64,000 nucleotides of DNA, taken from contig JBCBJQ010000019.1 in assembly GCA_038523235.1 (NCBI GenBank), forward strand, positions 1 to 64,000, given 5' to 3'. Source of the stretch: Cyanobacteria bacterium J06626_4. Lineage in GTDB: Bacteria; Cyanobacteriota; Cyanobacteriia; Phormidesmidales; Phormidesmidaceae. Made by a program: the position numbers and the translations under genes. Positions 9,875 to 19,527 of this stretch are shown in pieces. The notes beneath the pieces were generated by a model, which was given only the letters and a program-made list of their open reading frames with translations, did not search any database and was not told the origin of the DNA. Each line of letters opens with the position of its first letter. Positions within the stretch are counted from its first letter, which is position 1.

Positions 9875-10249
9875 CTACCAATCTCGCCATTCTTCTGTAA
9901 TGTCTTGGGTGGTGGTGAGACCGCATGCTTGGGCCGCGACCAAAATGATCTCGCACAAGTCTTCGCGCTCATCTGTTTCGATCAGTGAGCCGCCACAACT
10001 ATCATTCAAGTCATTCAGTTGTAGAACGGCTTTCTTGATGATAAATCTGAGTTGATCTTTGTCAGGATCGGTATTTGCAGCGATGTCTGCAAGGTAAGCG
10101 TCCACAATTGCCGCGCATCGGTCAATATCCGCTTGAGTGTAACCGCAATCAAAGTCAGTTTCGTTTTCATCACCTTCCATAAACGAAACCATGTGTTCGA
10201 GAAGACGCCGCCGCACTTCAGTGATCGATTGTGCAGGCAATTCTGGCAT
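9875..10249 (-). CDS. Acidic hypothetical protein
   Basis: AGAGGA RBS before MPELPAQS; ends LIETDEREDLCEII...DITEEWRDW. Confidence 0.75.
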   Translation of the reverse strand: MPELPAQSITEVRRRLLEHMVSFMEGDENETDFDCGYTQADIDRCAAIVDAYLADIAANTDPDKDQLRFIIKKAVLQLNDLNDSCGGSLIETDEREDLCEIILVAAQACGLTTTQDITEEWRDW

Positions 10250-10484
10250 TGTTCCTCTGCAGCAGAAAGTTGCATTCAGTAGCTTGGCGAATGATTGCGA
10301 GGCCCTCATCAATGTGTCTGACTGAGCAGAGCGATCGCTTCTCACTGTTTCAAATACTCGCAATAGTCGGCCAAGTTATCGAACTCAATATAGCCGAGCA
10401 CGAACTCGGCGGTGAGCCAAAGGCAGACTTCACAGAGAAAAGGGCACAGTTTGAAGGACATGGGGTTAGTTCAAGGTGGCGAAC

Positions 10485-11033
10485 TTAGGCGCAAGCGCTT
10501 TGCAGGCCGCGCATGTAATCGAACAGCTGCCAGCAGTAGGTTTCTGGCAGTTGGCAGGTGACTGCGCCTCGCAGCACCACGTTGAAATACCAGTCATTGG
10601 GGGGAATCTCGGTGGGCGTCTTTTTGACCACGACATAGGTGCGGACGCCGACATATTGCTGGGTGCCGCAGGCGATCGCAACGGACTCGTGACGGTATCC
10701 GTCTTGCTGGACGCCTTCGCGCTGATCGAGGCGATCGCTGAGGTGCCACGGCAGTCGATACAGCACCCCCTGAACTGCACTATGGACATCGGGCAAAATA
10801 TCGAGCGCGCCGCACTGCCGCTTGGCTGAGTAGTAGTGAAAGCCCAATCGGTAGCCCTTGAGGGTTGCCGGCCCCACGACGTAGGGATGAGTGTTTTCGC
10901 CCAGCGATCGCTTCAAATCAACCGGACACATGCATGAGCCATAGGCGAAGTAATAGAAAAACGGGGCGATCGCGCCAGCCGTGGAAGGGGCTGGCGCGAT
11001 CGTTGAAACTAGCTCAGGCTCGGAGGTCAGCAT
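10485..11033 (-). CDS. Gamma-glutamylcyclotransferase (AIG2/GGCT-like)
   Basis: YFAYGSCM, GVLYRL and LDQREG motifs. Confidence 0.88.
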   Translation of the reverse strand: MLTSEPELVSTIAPAPSTAGAIAPFFYYFAYGSCMCPVDLKRSLGENTHPYVVGPATLKGYRLGFHYYSAKRQCGALDILPDVHSAVQGVLYRLPWHLSDRLDQREGVQQDGYRHESVAIACGTQQYVGVRTYVVVKKTPTEIPPNDWYFNVVLRGAVTCQLPETYCWQLFDYMRGLQSACA

Positions 11034-11055
11034 GGTGTGAAGCAATGGGTGAGGG

Positions 11056-11703
11056 TCACTCGGGTTCACAAAAGTGTTCTGCAACCAGGGCGGAGAGATC
11101 GTCGGGATTGACGCGCTGATAGCGATGTTTGCCGGGCATCACGGTTAAGTTGGGCGCTTTAGAGCAGGTCTTTTGACAGCCTGTGTAGCGAATCTCAACC
11201 TGGTCTTGCAGGTTGTAGGTTTGCAAAATTTGTTCTAAGGCGGCGACCATCTTGCGACCGCCTCGTTTTTGGCAACCTGACTTGCGGCAGACCAAAATGT
11301 GAGACGGCTTTTTCGCAGAGGCCACTTTAGGGAGCGGTGTTGAGAGCTTCTCTCCGGGAGTGCCTGCGGCTTCGGTGGCGGTCGCAGTGGGTTCAGCTGG
11401 TGCGGTGGTGGCAAGGTCGCGAGGGGAGAGGAAAAAGACCTGATAGGCCTGCAGTTTGACCACCCCGGCTTTGAGGTCGATTTGGCTGCTACCAATGCAT
11501 TGCAGGCGATCGCCCACTCGGACGGCAGACCGCATATAGCTGCGCAATTCCTTGGGCAGCTTGATCACCACTTCCTCTTGCTCAACGTCCAAAATGATGG
11601 ATTTGACTTTTCGCGCATCGCCCCCGACAAAGCCCAGAAAGGTGCCTTCGAGGTTGAAGATGCGAGGAGAGTGGGGATGGCCGTTGGGCAAGGGATAGTT
11701 CAT
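11056..11703 (-). CDS. Thioredoxin-like (2Fe-2S) ferredoxin domain protein with an N-terminal beta-rich domain
   Basis: VCRKSGCQKRGG...TGCQKTCSKAPN four-Cys pattern; start taken at MNYPLPNG. Confidence 0.85.
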   Translation of the reverse strand: MNYPLPNGHPHSPRIFNLEGTFLGFVGGDARKVKSIILDVEQEEVVIKLPKELRSYMRSAVRVGDRLQCIGSSQIDLKAGVVKLQAYQVFFLSPRDLATTAPAEPTATATEAAGTPGEKLSTPLPKVASAKKPSHILVCRKSGCQKRGGRKMVAALEQILQTYNLQDQVEIRYTGCQKTCSKAPNLTVMPGKHRYQRVNPDDLSALVAEHFCEPE

Positions 11704-11790
11704 GGGAGGAGGAGGAGGAGTGAGGAGTAGGGAGTGGAGGGTCGAGGGAGCGCGGGAGCAGGGGGGCTGGGATGTTAGGGGGTGCACCGG

Positions 11791-11886
11791 AGGGGCGAGG
11801 CCTTTTGAGGTAAACCTATCGGTCAAAGGCGCAAGATGATTTTCAAAAGGCCTCGCCCGTACGCTCCAAAAGGCCTTGCCCGTACG
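11791..11886 (-). repeat. REP/REPIN-like hairpin element (copy 1)
   Basis: gggcgaggccttttga / tcaaaaggcctcgccc inverted arms plus an extra direct arm copy. Confidence 0.8.
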
Positions 11887-11899
11887 AGAGCCGCAGCCT

Positions 11900-12103
11900 T
11901 TAATTGAGACGTTTGGCGTTGACGGTTTGGGGGAGTTTCGGCGGATCGGTGAGGCCGCTGATCGAGAGTTCCCAACCATTTTCGAGGGTGACGAGCGTGG
12001 TATCGCCTTCGCGGCTTTGGCTGACAACGTGCTCTTCGAGATCTTTTTTAGGCACGTAAACCATTAAGGAGCCGTTTTCGCCGCTGTGGAGCATGACTTT
12101 CAT
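11900..12103 (-). CDS. nifT: NifT/FixU
   Basis: MKVML...YVPKKDLEE...LENGWEL...LPQTVNAKRL. Confidence 0.93.
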   Translation of the reverse strand: MKVMLHSGENGSLMVYVPKKDLEEHVVSQSREGDTTLVTLENGWELSISGLTDPPKLPQTVNAKRLN

Positions 12104-12237
12104 ATCAGAGCCTCGGGTAAGTGAATGGCAACGGTCAGTGGAACATTGGTCGGAACAAGAGAAAGGTGGAACCGGCGTGGAGGGGGCGCGCACCAGGCTG
12201 CGGTCGAATGTGCCCTAAACTCGGTTCCACCGAGGAG

Positions 12238-13377
12238 CTACCTCGTCGCTCCAAGGGTCATTTCTTGGGCGGCGATCGCAAATAGCTCTTCAGCGGTGAG
12301 GTTGCGCTTGAGCTGAGTCGAGCGATCGCGCACGACATCTAAAACGGACTGGCCGTGATCGGCATCGAGCTGCAGGCCATAGTCTTGCAGCACCTGATTG
12401 AGCAGGCTGCGACCGGAATGCTTGCCCACCACGAGGCGACGCTGCCAGCCCACTTCTTTGGGGTCAAAGGGTTCGTAGGTGCTGGGATTTTGCAAAACGC
12501 CGTGGGCGTGAATGCCGGACTCATGGGCAAAGGTGTTTTGGCCGACGATCGCCTTCCACGGCGGTACGGGGCAGTTCACGGCCTTAGCGACAAAGCGCGA
12601 CAGTTCTAAAAAGTGTTGCGTCTGCACCCCGGTTTTGAGGCCGTAAATTTGCTTCAGCGCCATTACCACTTCTTCTAGTGCCGCATTGCCCGCCCGTTCG
12701 CCCAGGCCATTCACCGTAGTGTTCATCGAGGTGGCCCCTGCGCGCACACCAGCCAAGGCATTGGCGGTGGCGAGACCCAGATCGTTGTGGGTGTGCATTT
12801 CGACCGGAATCGTTAAGGACGTCACCAGCTTTTGCACCTTGGCAAAGGTGGTGAAAGGATCGAGAATGCCGACCGTGTCGCAAAAGCGAAAGCGGAAGGC
12901 CCCCCATTCCTGCGCGTATTGGGCCGCGTCGATCAGAAAAGTCTCATCAGCGCGGGAGCTATCTTCGCCGCCGACGCTGACTTCTAACCCGTGATCGCGG
13001 GCAAAGGAGATGGCATCGCGCAGCTGCTCTAACATCCGCGCCCAGCGGCCCCCAAATTTGACCTGAATCTGCATGTCAGAAACGGGAATGGAAATGTGAA
13101 CTCGCTTGAGCCCGCAATAAATCGAGGCTTGAATGTCGGCGATGTTGGCGCGGTTCCACCCGAGCAGGTGGGCATTGAGGCCCAAATCAACGATCGCTCG
13201 AATGGCTTGAGCTTCTGATTGCCCCATGGCGGGAATGCCCACTTCGAGCTCTTGGACGCCGATCGCGTCGAGGAATTTAGCGATCGCGACTTTTTCGTCT
13301 AAACCAAAGGCCACACCGGCAGCCTGTTCGCCATCGCGTAGGGTCGTGTCGTTGATATAGATTGCGGGAGTGGTCAC
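12238..13377 (-). CDS. nifV: Homocitrate synthase
   Basis: DTTLRDGEQAAGVAF, EMHTHNDLGLATAN, GLGERAGNAALEE; nif context. Confidence 0.95.
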   Translation of the reverse strand: MTTPAIYINDTTLRDGEQAAGVAFGLDEKVAIAKFLDAIGVQELEVGIPAMGQSEAQAIRAIVDLGLNAHLLGWNRANIADIQASIYCGLKRVHISIPVSDMQIQVKFGGRWARMLEQLRDAISFARDHGLEVSVGGEDSSRADETFLIDAAQYAQEWGAFRFRFCDTVGILDPFTTFAKVQKLVTSLTIPVEMHTHNDLGLATANALAGVRAGATSMNTTVNGLGERAGNAALEEVVMALKQIYGLKTGVQTQHFLELSRFVAKAVNCPVPPWKAIVGQNTFAHESGIHAHGVLQNPSTYEPFDPKEVGWQRRLVVGKHSGRSLLNQVLQDYGLQLDADHGQSVLDVVRDRSTQLKRNLTAEELFAIAAQEMTLGATR

Positions 13378-13442
13378 GGCAGCCTCCGAAAAAATGTGGG
13401 GTAGTCGAGATCAGGGAACGCAGACAGCCTGAGCGGGATTGT

Positions 13443-13586
13443 TTAGGTCCCGGACTGCTGCTTGAGGGAGTCGTAGCGGGCCTTTTTGAGAGTTTCGATA
13501 TCGGCAGCCATCATGCGGTTGAGAAAGATCTGTTGAGCCCAGGCCAGGCTAAACACAAAACTAATAATCAGGAGGGAAGACAACAT
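13443..13586 (-). CDS. 47-aa small protein with a hydrophobic N-terminus (below the ORF-track cutoff)
   Basis: AGGAG RBS 9 nt upstream of ATG; MLSSLLIISFVFSLAWAQQIFLNRMMAADIETLKKARYDSLKQQSGT; same direction as dps and nifV. Confidence 0.62.
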   Translation of the reverse strand: MLSSLLIISFVFSLAWAQQIFLNRMMAADIETLKKARYDSLKQQSGT

Positions 13587-13681
13587 GGGAGGCGGCTCCT
13601 AAGTGAAGGAAGATGAGGAAACCAGAAGCCAGCTAGTGGCAAGGTGTGTGCTAACTTCTGGTGCAAATCGTCACCGAGGCT

Positions 13682-14221
13682 CTACTGCACAAAGGCCAGC
13701 GTGAGGCTGTCGGCAGTGAGGAAGTGGTCGAGGTGGAAGGCGCGCTCTTCGGTCTCGAGCAAAATTTGCTCGTACAGATAGCGGGTGGCGCGATCGCCCA
13801 CACTTTCGGCCTGGGAGGAGAGTCGCCGCAGCAGGGCGATCGCCGATTGTTCGGCGGCGAGATCGTTTTCGATCATTTGACGGCAGTTGTAGATGCCGTC
13901 GGGCTCGGGCTCAAAGCAGCACAGATCGGCCAGTAGCGCAAAGCTGCCAGCGGGCACGCCGCCCAGGCCATTGAGGCGCTCGGCGACATCATGGGCATGG
14001 CCTTGAGCCGCCTCATAGCTCTCTTGCAAGAACTCGTGTACCGAGAGAAATTCAGCGCCTTCCACCACAAAGTGATGTTTTTGATACTGCAGATACAGCG
14101 CTTGAAAACTGGCGTATACCAGATTCAGCCCTTCGCAGACGGCAGCGGTAACCTCAGATTCGAGATTGATGGGGTTAGTCCCCACTTCACCAAAGGCGCG
14201 GACGAGAGTTTGAGTGGTCAT
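13682..14221 (-). CDS. dps: Dps-family ferritin-like protein
   Basis: [21 protein letters not shown]...HDVAERL ferroxidase motifs; [10 protein letters not shown]. Confidence 0.93.
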   Translation of the reverse strand: MTTQTLVRAFGEVGTNPINLESEVTAAVCEGLNLVYASFQALYLQYQKHHFVVEGAEFLSVHEFLQESYEAAQGHAHDVAERLNGLGGVPAGSFALLADLCCFEPEPDGIYNCRQMIENDLAAEQSAIALLRRLSSQAESVGDRATRYLYEQILLETEERAFHLDHFLTADSLTLAFVQ

Positions 14222-14411
14222 ATCATTTGCTCCAGTAGGTCAGAAAAACAACGGTCAATCAGAACGACAAAAGGCGGTTGGCCTGCTAGGGGCGGTCATC
14301 AGTTAGCGACTTAATGTCAGTACCACAACGGTTTCAGCCCCAGCTGGGTGGGTGGAGCGGGTGCGGCAATGCTGGTTCCACAAGGGGTGGGCAACTCACT
14401 GATGACGCGCC

Positions 14412-14681
14412 CTAGTGATTGGTTTGGCAAGCTACCTGGGTTTCCCAGCAGCGCTCTAGCCAATCCACCCCGGTCTGGCGAGACGTGGTGAACTGACGAA
14501 TCGTGCTGCGGGCTAACACCAACGCGGTGGCATGACTTACCTCGACTCGCAACGTGCCGTCAGCGGGACAAGCACAAGGAATATTGAGTTCTTGCAAGCG
14601 GCGGTAAATCGACCAGCGATCGCACCGCTGTACCGCAACGACTTGACCCGGATTAGGGGTGAGAGCAGCACATTTATTCAT
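14412..14681 (-). CDS. Asr1405/Asl0597-family protein
   Basis: [18 protein letters not shown]...WLERCW. Confidence 0.82.
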   Translation of the reverse strand: MNKCAALTPNPGQVVAVQRCDRWSIYRRLQELNIPCACPADGTLRVEVSHATALVLARSTIRQFTTSRQTGVDWLERCWETQVACQTNH

Positions 14682-15402
14682 GGGATGAAAACTCCAACTG
14701 TGAGAGAGGTGTACGAGAAAGCTGTTGCACTTCGGCCTCTAACGCTTCGATGCGGTCCAGTAGGGTGCGAAATGCAGTGGCCTGAGCGGCCGGGAGTTGG
14801 GCATGTTCCAACGGGGTGGCGGTGGTGTTGCAGCGGCAGACGTTGCGGTTGGGAATGCCGACGGCGGTGCAGTTAGCGGGAACGTCAGTCAACACGACAG
14901 AGCCCGCGCCGACGCGCGCCTGATCACCAATGTGAATATTGCCAAGAATTTTGGCCCCGGTGCCGATGACGACGCGACTGCCCACGGTGGGGTGGCGCTT
15001 GCCGGTTTCTTTGCCGGTGCCCCCCAGGGTGACGCCCTGGTAAATCAAGGTGCCGTCGCCGACAATGGCCGTTTCGCCAATGACGACGCCCATGCCGTGA
15101 TCAATAAAGAGGCCGCGACCCAGTTGCGCACCAGGGTGAATCTCAATACCAGTGGCGCAGCGAGACAGATGTGAAATCAAGCGCGGCCAAAAGCTGACCT
15201 GGCGGTTGTGCAGCCAGTGGGCCAACCGATGCGCCGCGATCGCATGCAAACCGGGATAACAGCACAGTACTTCGAGCCAGTTACGAGCGGCTGGGTCATG
15301 CTTAAAGATGACAGCGACGTCATCAGCGAGGGGTAACTGCTGCCGCCACTCGGGGCGGCGCAACCAGCGTTGAATTGAGAAACTGGGCAGAGACAGCGAC
15401 AT
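14674..15402 (-). CDS. nifP: nif-associated serine O-acetyltransferase
   Basis: [48 protein letters not shown]; divergent from nifB. Confidence 0.92.
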   Translation of the reverse strand: MSLSLPSFSIQRWLRRPEWRQQLPLADDVAVIFKHDPAARNWLEVLCCYPGLHAIAAHRLAHWLHNRQVSFWPRLISHLSRCATGIEIHPGAQLGRGLFIDHGMGVVIGETAIVGDGTLIYQGVTLGGTGKETGKRHPTVGSRVVIGTGAKILGNIHIGDQARVGAGSVVLTDVPANCTAVGIPNRNVCRCNTTATPLEHAQLPAAQATAFRTLLDRIEALEAEVQQLSRTPLSQLEFSSHE

Positions 15403-15497
15403 GGCTTTGGGGGGCTGTGTTTCTCTGCTTATAGCAAGGGCGATTTTGGGGCGGCGATCGCTCCGGCCCAATCCAGATTTACTAGAACAATTAGGGC

Positions 15498-15695
15498 TGC
15501 ACTCAATCGCTAAAACGCTTGCAATTAGGTGCTGTTTGAATTTCTTTGAGGAGGGGGGGACTGGTATTTCCGCCCCTAGGCTCGGGTATTTCTAAGGGAT
15601 GGTGCAAGTATTCTGCACTCAAGTAAAAACCCTTACATATAAATAGATAGAGCTAATTTGAGCGGATAACTTAGAATCACGCTCGGCTGTACTCA
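15498..15695 (-). promoter_or_regulatory. Three putative CnfR boxes TGAGT(A/G)CA facing nifP
   Basis: tgcactca at 15498 and 15614; tgtactca at 15688 (reverse complements of the box). Confidence 0.72.
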
Positions 15696-15915
15696 AAGAC
15701 TGATTTTGCGCAGTCCAGATTTTATATCCATAAGTGAAACGGTAGCAGATGCTGCAAAATCACCTCTATTTAATTCAGCATTCCTTAACACCGTCTCGAT
15801 CGGCGTTGGGGAACTGCGATCGTCCCCATCTCGATGCCCCCGTCAAAACCGATTAGTTGTGCTGTTTTAGAGACCGCCCCCTGACTCTCACAGCTGCTGA
15901 TAACAGATGCTCTGA

Positions 15916-16028
15916 AACTGAGCTACAGATCTTCCTTTCGACTCCGCTCAAGGAACGTCGGCTGAACTGAGCTACAGATCTTCCTTTCGACTCTGCTCAA
16001 GGAACGTCGGCTGAGCGGAGTCGAAGCC
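15916..16028. repeat. 49-bp tandem duplication ending in a cyanobacterial palindromic dispersed repeat
   Basis: 15916-15964 and 15965-16013 differ by one base; ttcgactc(c/t)gctca...tgagcggagtcgaa hairpin. Confidence 0.88.
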
Positions 16029-16673
16029 GACTTGCCTGTGTCGCTGTAATTCGTAGAACTGCTATGAGGAGCACGGGGGCAAGCTGCGGAGTCTGGTTTC
16101 AGAGAACCGTTAGCCTGAATCCCGCAGAAGACATGATCTGGAGGAAACGCTCAATCGAGTTCCTGCCGAGCTGTCAGGGAGGTTGTTCCTTTGCACTCAG
16201 CAATCAAGTTTTGGTATCCCCGACCCACCGTCAGCCAAACCACTCACAGGTAAGGGGGCGTCGCAAAACAGTGATGCCCTTTAAATAAGTGGGTGCAATA
16301 GATGAGTTTGCTTCTTGCGGAGAGAAACTGATCTGCTGGAATATCGTTGCTCAACGACGCCAAACGCCTCAATCAAACAACGCTACGTTCCTTCGGTGCA
16401 CACCCGGCCCCCGCGCTTCCTCTAATCCTCACTCCCCACTCTCTACCCTCCACCCTCTACTCCCCACTCTCTTTTCTTTTCTCTTCTCTTCTCCCAACGT
16501 CTTCAAGAGCAGCTGTGAAAGGCTTGAAATCAACACCGTTTACATTGCTTAATCGCAAAACGTAAAATTCACTACTTATATATAGAGGCGATCAGCAAGT
16601 TCGATACATCTGCAATTTTGTCTCTTCAGAGAAAGTCTTGATTTTGGTATCAGGTTTAGCAAAATCGAGCTTT

Positions 16674-16867
16674 TGAGTACTCAATAAAATGTACTTTTTA
16701 ATTCCCTAAAATCACATCAATCCCTTGCCCAAGTAGCGATCTCGCTGAGTGCAGAAACACCGGGCCGGGCGACAAAAATGGTAGTGCAGCCCGTGATTAA
16801 TGCCAGTCCCCCGATCTTGAAAAAAGATTTTATCCCCTCAAAACAAGGGCTGTGGCGCTTGAGTGCA
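16674..16867 (+). promoter_or_regulatory. Three putative CnfR boxes facing nifB
   Basis: TGAGTACTCA at 16674; TGAGTGCA at 16746 and 16860. Confidence 0.75.
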
Positions 16868-17518
16868 GCGCTAATGATCCAATAAATCCTATCGCGATCG
16901 CCACTCAGTCTCGCTAATGAGCCATTGATATAACTCTTTCAACGCCGGACGACGAGTCTTAACCCAACGAGCGACGCGGCGAAGTCAACAAAAACCTGGA
17001 CAACTTCAGCTCAGTTAGAGCGTGCTTAAAAGCCCGAAGCCCAGTTTTTCTGATTTCAACGATTAGCCTGTTCCTGCCAAGCGATGCGATTTCAGGCGTA
17101 TTCACCCTTTGTGGCTGTCCTCAAGCCCTCTCGTAGAGCAAACGAGCACAGCCCCCACCTATACACCTAGGAAATTGCTTTTTAGCACCGAGACTCTGAC
17201 CCTCGGCCACCATCACACTCTCCTGAAAGCCAGGACGTTGCTTTGATCGCTATCACATAACTGGTTCTATTCCTGCTCTGGCAGGGGCTTAGAACACCCC
17301 CCTGTGTTTACAGGGTTGATGCCATCGACGCAACGTTCTCTTTTTCTTACCGGTTTTGCTTGAGAGGTGACCCCCGACCGCTACCGCATCCAGTTTCTCA
17401 CTCTGTTTATTGCTTTTTCCGCTGATTGCTTCCGCTACTGATTGCTCTCCTGCTGCTGCTGAATCCTTCGACGCCCGGTTTAGCCCTGCTGAGTTCTGCC
17501 CTTTACACCGCCAAACCC

Positions 17519-19003
17519 ATGACGCCACCGCCACCCCCCTCTGCCCTTGCTTCCGCGCCTACTGCGACGCCCGAGCTGGACATTACCTTGACCAAAACCA
17601 AAACCCAGGTCAAGAAGTCTGGCGGCGGCTGCGGCTGCACCAGTAAAAAAGATGAGTCCGCTACTGGCATGAGCGAATCGATGCAGGCCCGCATCGAAAA
17701 GCATCCTTGCTATAGCGAAGAAGCCCACCACCACTACGCTCGCATGCACGTGGCGGTGGCCCCGGCTTGCAACATTCAGTGCAACTATTGCAACCGCAAA
17801 TATGACTGTGCCAACGAGAGTCGCCCCGGTGTGGTTAGCGAGCTGCTGACCCCCGAAGAAGCGGCGCACAAAGTGCTTGTGGTGGCAGGCAAGATTCCGC
17901 AAATGACGGTATTGGGCATTGCTGGGCCGGGTGACCCCCTAGCGAACCCCGAAAAAACCTTCCGCACCTTTGAGTTAATCGCCGAGGAAGCGCCAGATAT
18001 CAAACTGTGCCTCTCGACTAACGGTCTGATGCTGCCGGATCACGTCGAGCGCATCAAAGCCCTCAACGTCGACCACGTCACCATCACGATTAATATGGTG
18101 GACCCCGCCGTGGGCGAAAAGATTTATCCCTGGGTGCACTATCGCCGTAAGCGCTATCGCGGCATTGAGGGAGTCAAAATTCTGCATGAACGGCAGATGG
18201 AAGGGTTGGCGGCACTGCAAAATGCCGACATCCTGTGCAAAGTCAACTCGGTGCTAGTTCCTGGTGTCAACGATGAGCACCTGCCCGAAGTGAACGCCGC
18301 TATTCGCGAGCGGGGTGCCTTCTTGCACAACATCATGCCGCTGATCTCAGCGCCGGAGCACGGCACCTACTTTGGCTTAAACGGTCAACGTGGGCCTAAC
18401 CCCAAAGAGCTGAAAGCGGTGCAAGACAGCTGTGCTGGCAACCTGAAGCTGATGCGTCACTGTCGCCAGTGCCGGGCTGATGCCGTGGGCCTACTGGGTG
18501 AAGACCGCAGTCAGGAATTCACCAAAGAGAAGTTCATGGAAATGCCGGCGGACTACAGCCTGGAAGCTCGTCAAGCTGTACACAGTGGCATCGAGCAAAA
18601 TCGGGCGGCGGTTGCTGAGAAGAAAGCGGCGGCCAAAGCGGCCAAAGCGGCTCCAGTTGATAGTCCGAAGATTCTCCTGGCTGTGGCCACTAAAGGCGGG
18701 GGCTTGGTCAATCAGCACTTTGGTCATGCCAAAGAATTCATGATTTACGAGGTGGATGCCACCGAAGCCAAGTTCATCGGACACCGCAAAGTGGCCGACT
18801 ACTGCCAGGGCGGTTACGGCGAAGAAGCGGCCCTGGACGGCATCATCGGCACCGTCGCTGACTGTAAGGCCGTGCTGGCCGCTAAGGTTGGCCCCTGCCC
18901 GCAAAAAGAGCTGAAAAAAGCGGGCCTGCAGGTCGTGGAAGCCTACGACGTGATCGAGACTGTGGCTCGCCAGTTCTATGACGAGCATGTCTTGGCGGCG
19001 TAG
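17519..19003 (+). CDS. nifB: FeMo-co biosynthesis radical SAM protein
   Basis: [32 protein letters not shown]-terminal NifX-like domain; start taken at MTPPP. Confidence 0.97.
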   Translation: MTPPPPPSALASAPTATPELDITLTKTKTQVKKSGGGCGCTSKKDESATGMSESMQARIEKHPCYSEEAHHHYARMHVAVAPACNIQCNYCNRKYDCANESRPGVVSELLTPEEAAHKVLVVAGKIPQMTVLGIAGPGDPLANPEKTFRTFELIAEEAPDIKLCLSTNGLMLPDHVERIKALNVDHVTITINMVDPAVGEKIYPWVHYRRKRYRGIEGVKILHERQMEGLAALQNADILCKVNSVLVPGVNDEHLPEVNAAIRERGAFLHNIMPLISAPEHGTYFGLNGQRGPNPKELKAVQDSCAGNLKLMRHCRQCRADAVGLLGEDRSQEFTKEKFMEMPADYSLEARQAVHSGIEQNRAAVAEKKAAAKAAKAAPVDSPKILLAVATKGGGLVNQHFGHAKEFMIYEVDATEAKFIGHRKVADYCQGGYGEEAALDGIIGTVADCKAVLAAKVGPCPQKELKKAGLQVVEAYDVIETVARQFYDEHVLAA

Positions 19004-19073
19004 CTGCTCCGAGGACTGCACTCCGGTGCAGTCCGTCTGCCTCAATCCTATTTACCTCACGAGGAATCGAGCC

Positions 19074-19442
19074 ATGACATACGCCATCACCAGTGACTGT
19101 ATTAGCTGCGATCGCTGCCTCTCGGCCTGCCCCACCGGCGCGATCGCAACGAATGGAACGAACGTGTGGATTGAGGTTGATCGCTGCAACCAGTGTGAGG
19201 GGGCCTATGGGGTTCCCCAATGCTGGTCGGTGTGTCCCACCAACGAAGGCTGTGTGCCCCTGACGACTGGGGTCGCCTCGGTGGCCCTGGCGACCGCCGG
19301 TGCACCGACTAACGATTATTGGACAGCTTGGTTCGCCAAATATACCCAGATGGTGGAGCGTCTCAAAGGGACGCAGCAGTCGGGTTATTGGCGGCAGTGG
19401 TTTGACGACTACGCCCAACGGCTGCAGCAACTGCAGGCCTAA
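19074..19442 (+). CDS. fdxN: 2[4Fe-4S] ferredoxin
   Basis: CISCDRCLSACP and CNQCEG...CWSVCP; lies between nifB and nifS. Confidence 0.93.
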   Translation: MTYAITSDCISCDRCLSACPTGAIATNGTNVWIEVDRCNQCEGAYGVPQCWSVCPTNEGCVPLTTGVASVALATAGAPTNDYWTAWFAKYTQMVERLKGTQQSGYWRQWFDDYAQRLQQLQA

Positions 19443-19527
19443 GCCTCGCCGGTCACCGGCCCTGAACTTGTCCGTTTGCCTCGAATGCCTGACCCCCCAA
19501 CCCTTTATTGCTAGCGCGGAGATTGTG

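Noticed and set aside
17426..17518. Signal-peptide-like N-terminal extension of NifB
   Set aside because: TTG start in a C/T-rich leader with no RBS. NifB is cytoplasmic, and the ATG at 17519 fits better.
19311..19439. Duplicated YW..WF..Y motif at the FdxN C-terminus
   Set aside because: As far as I recall, this extension is typical of cyanobacterial FdxN and so is not novel.
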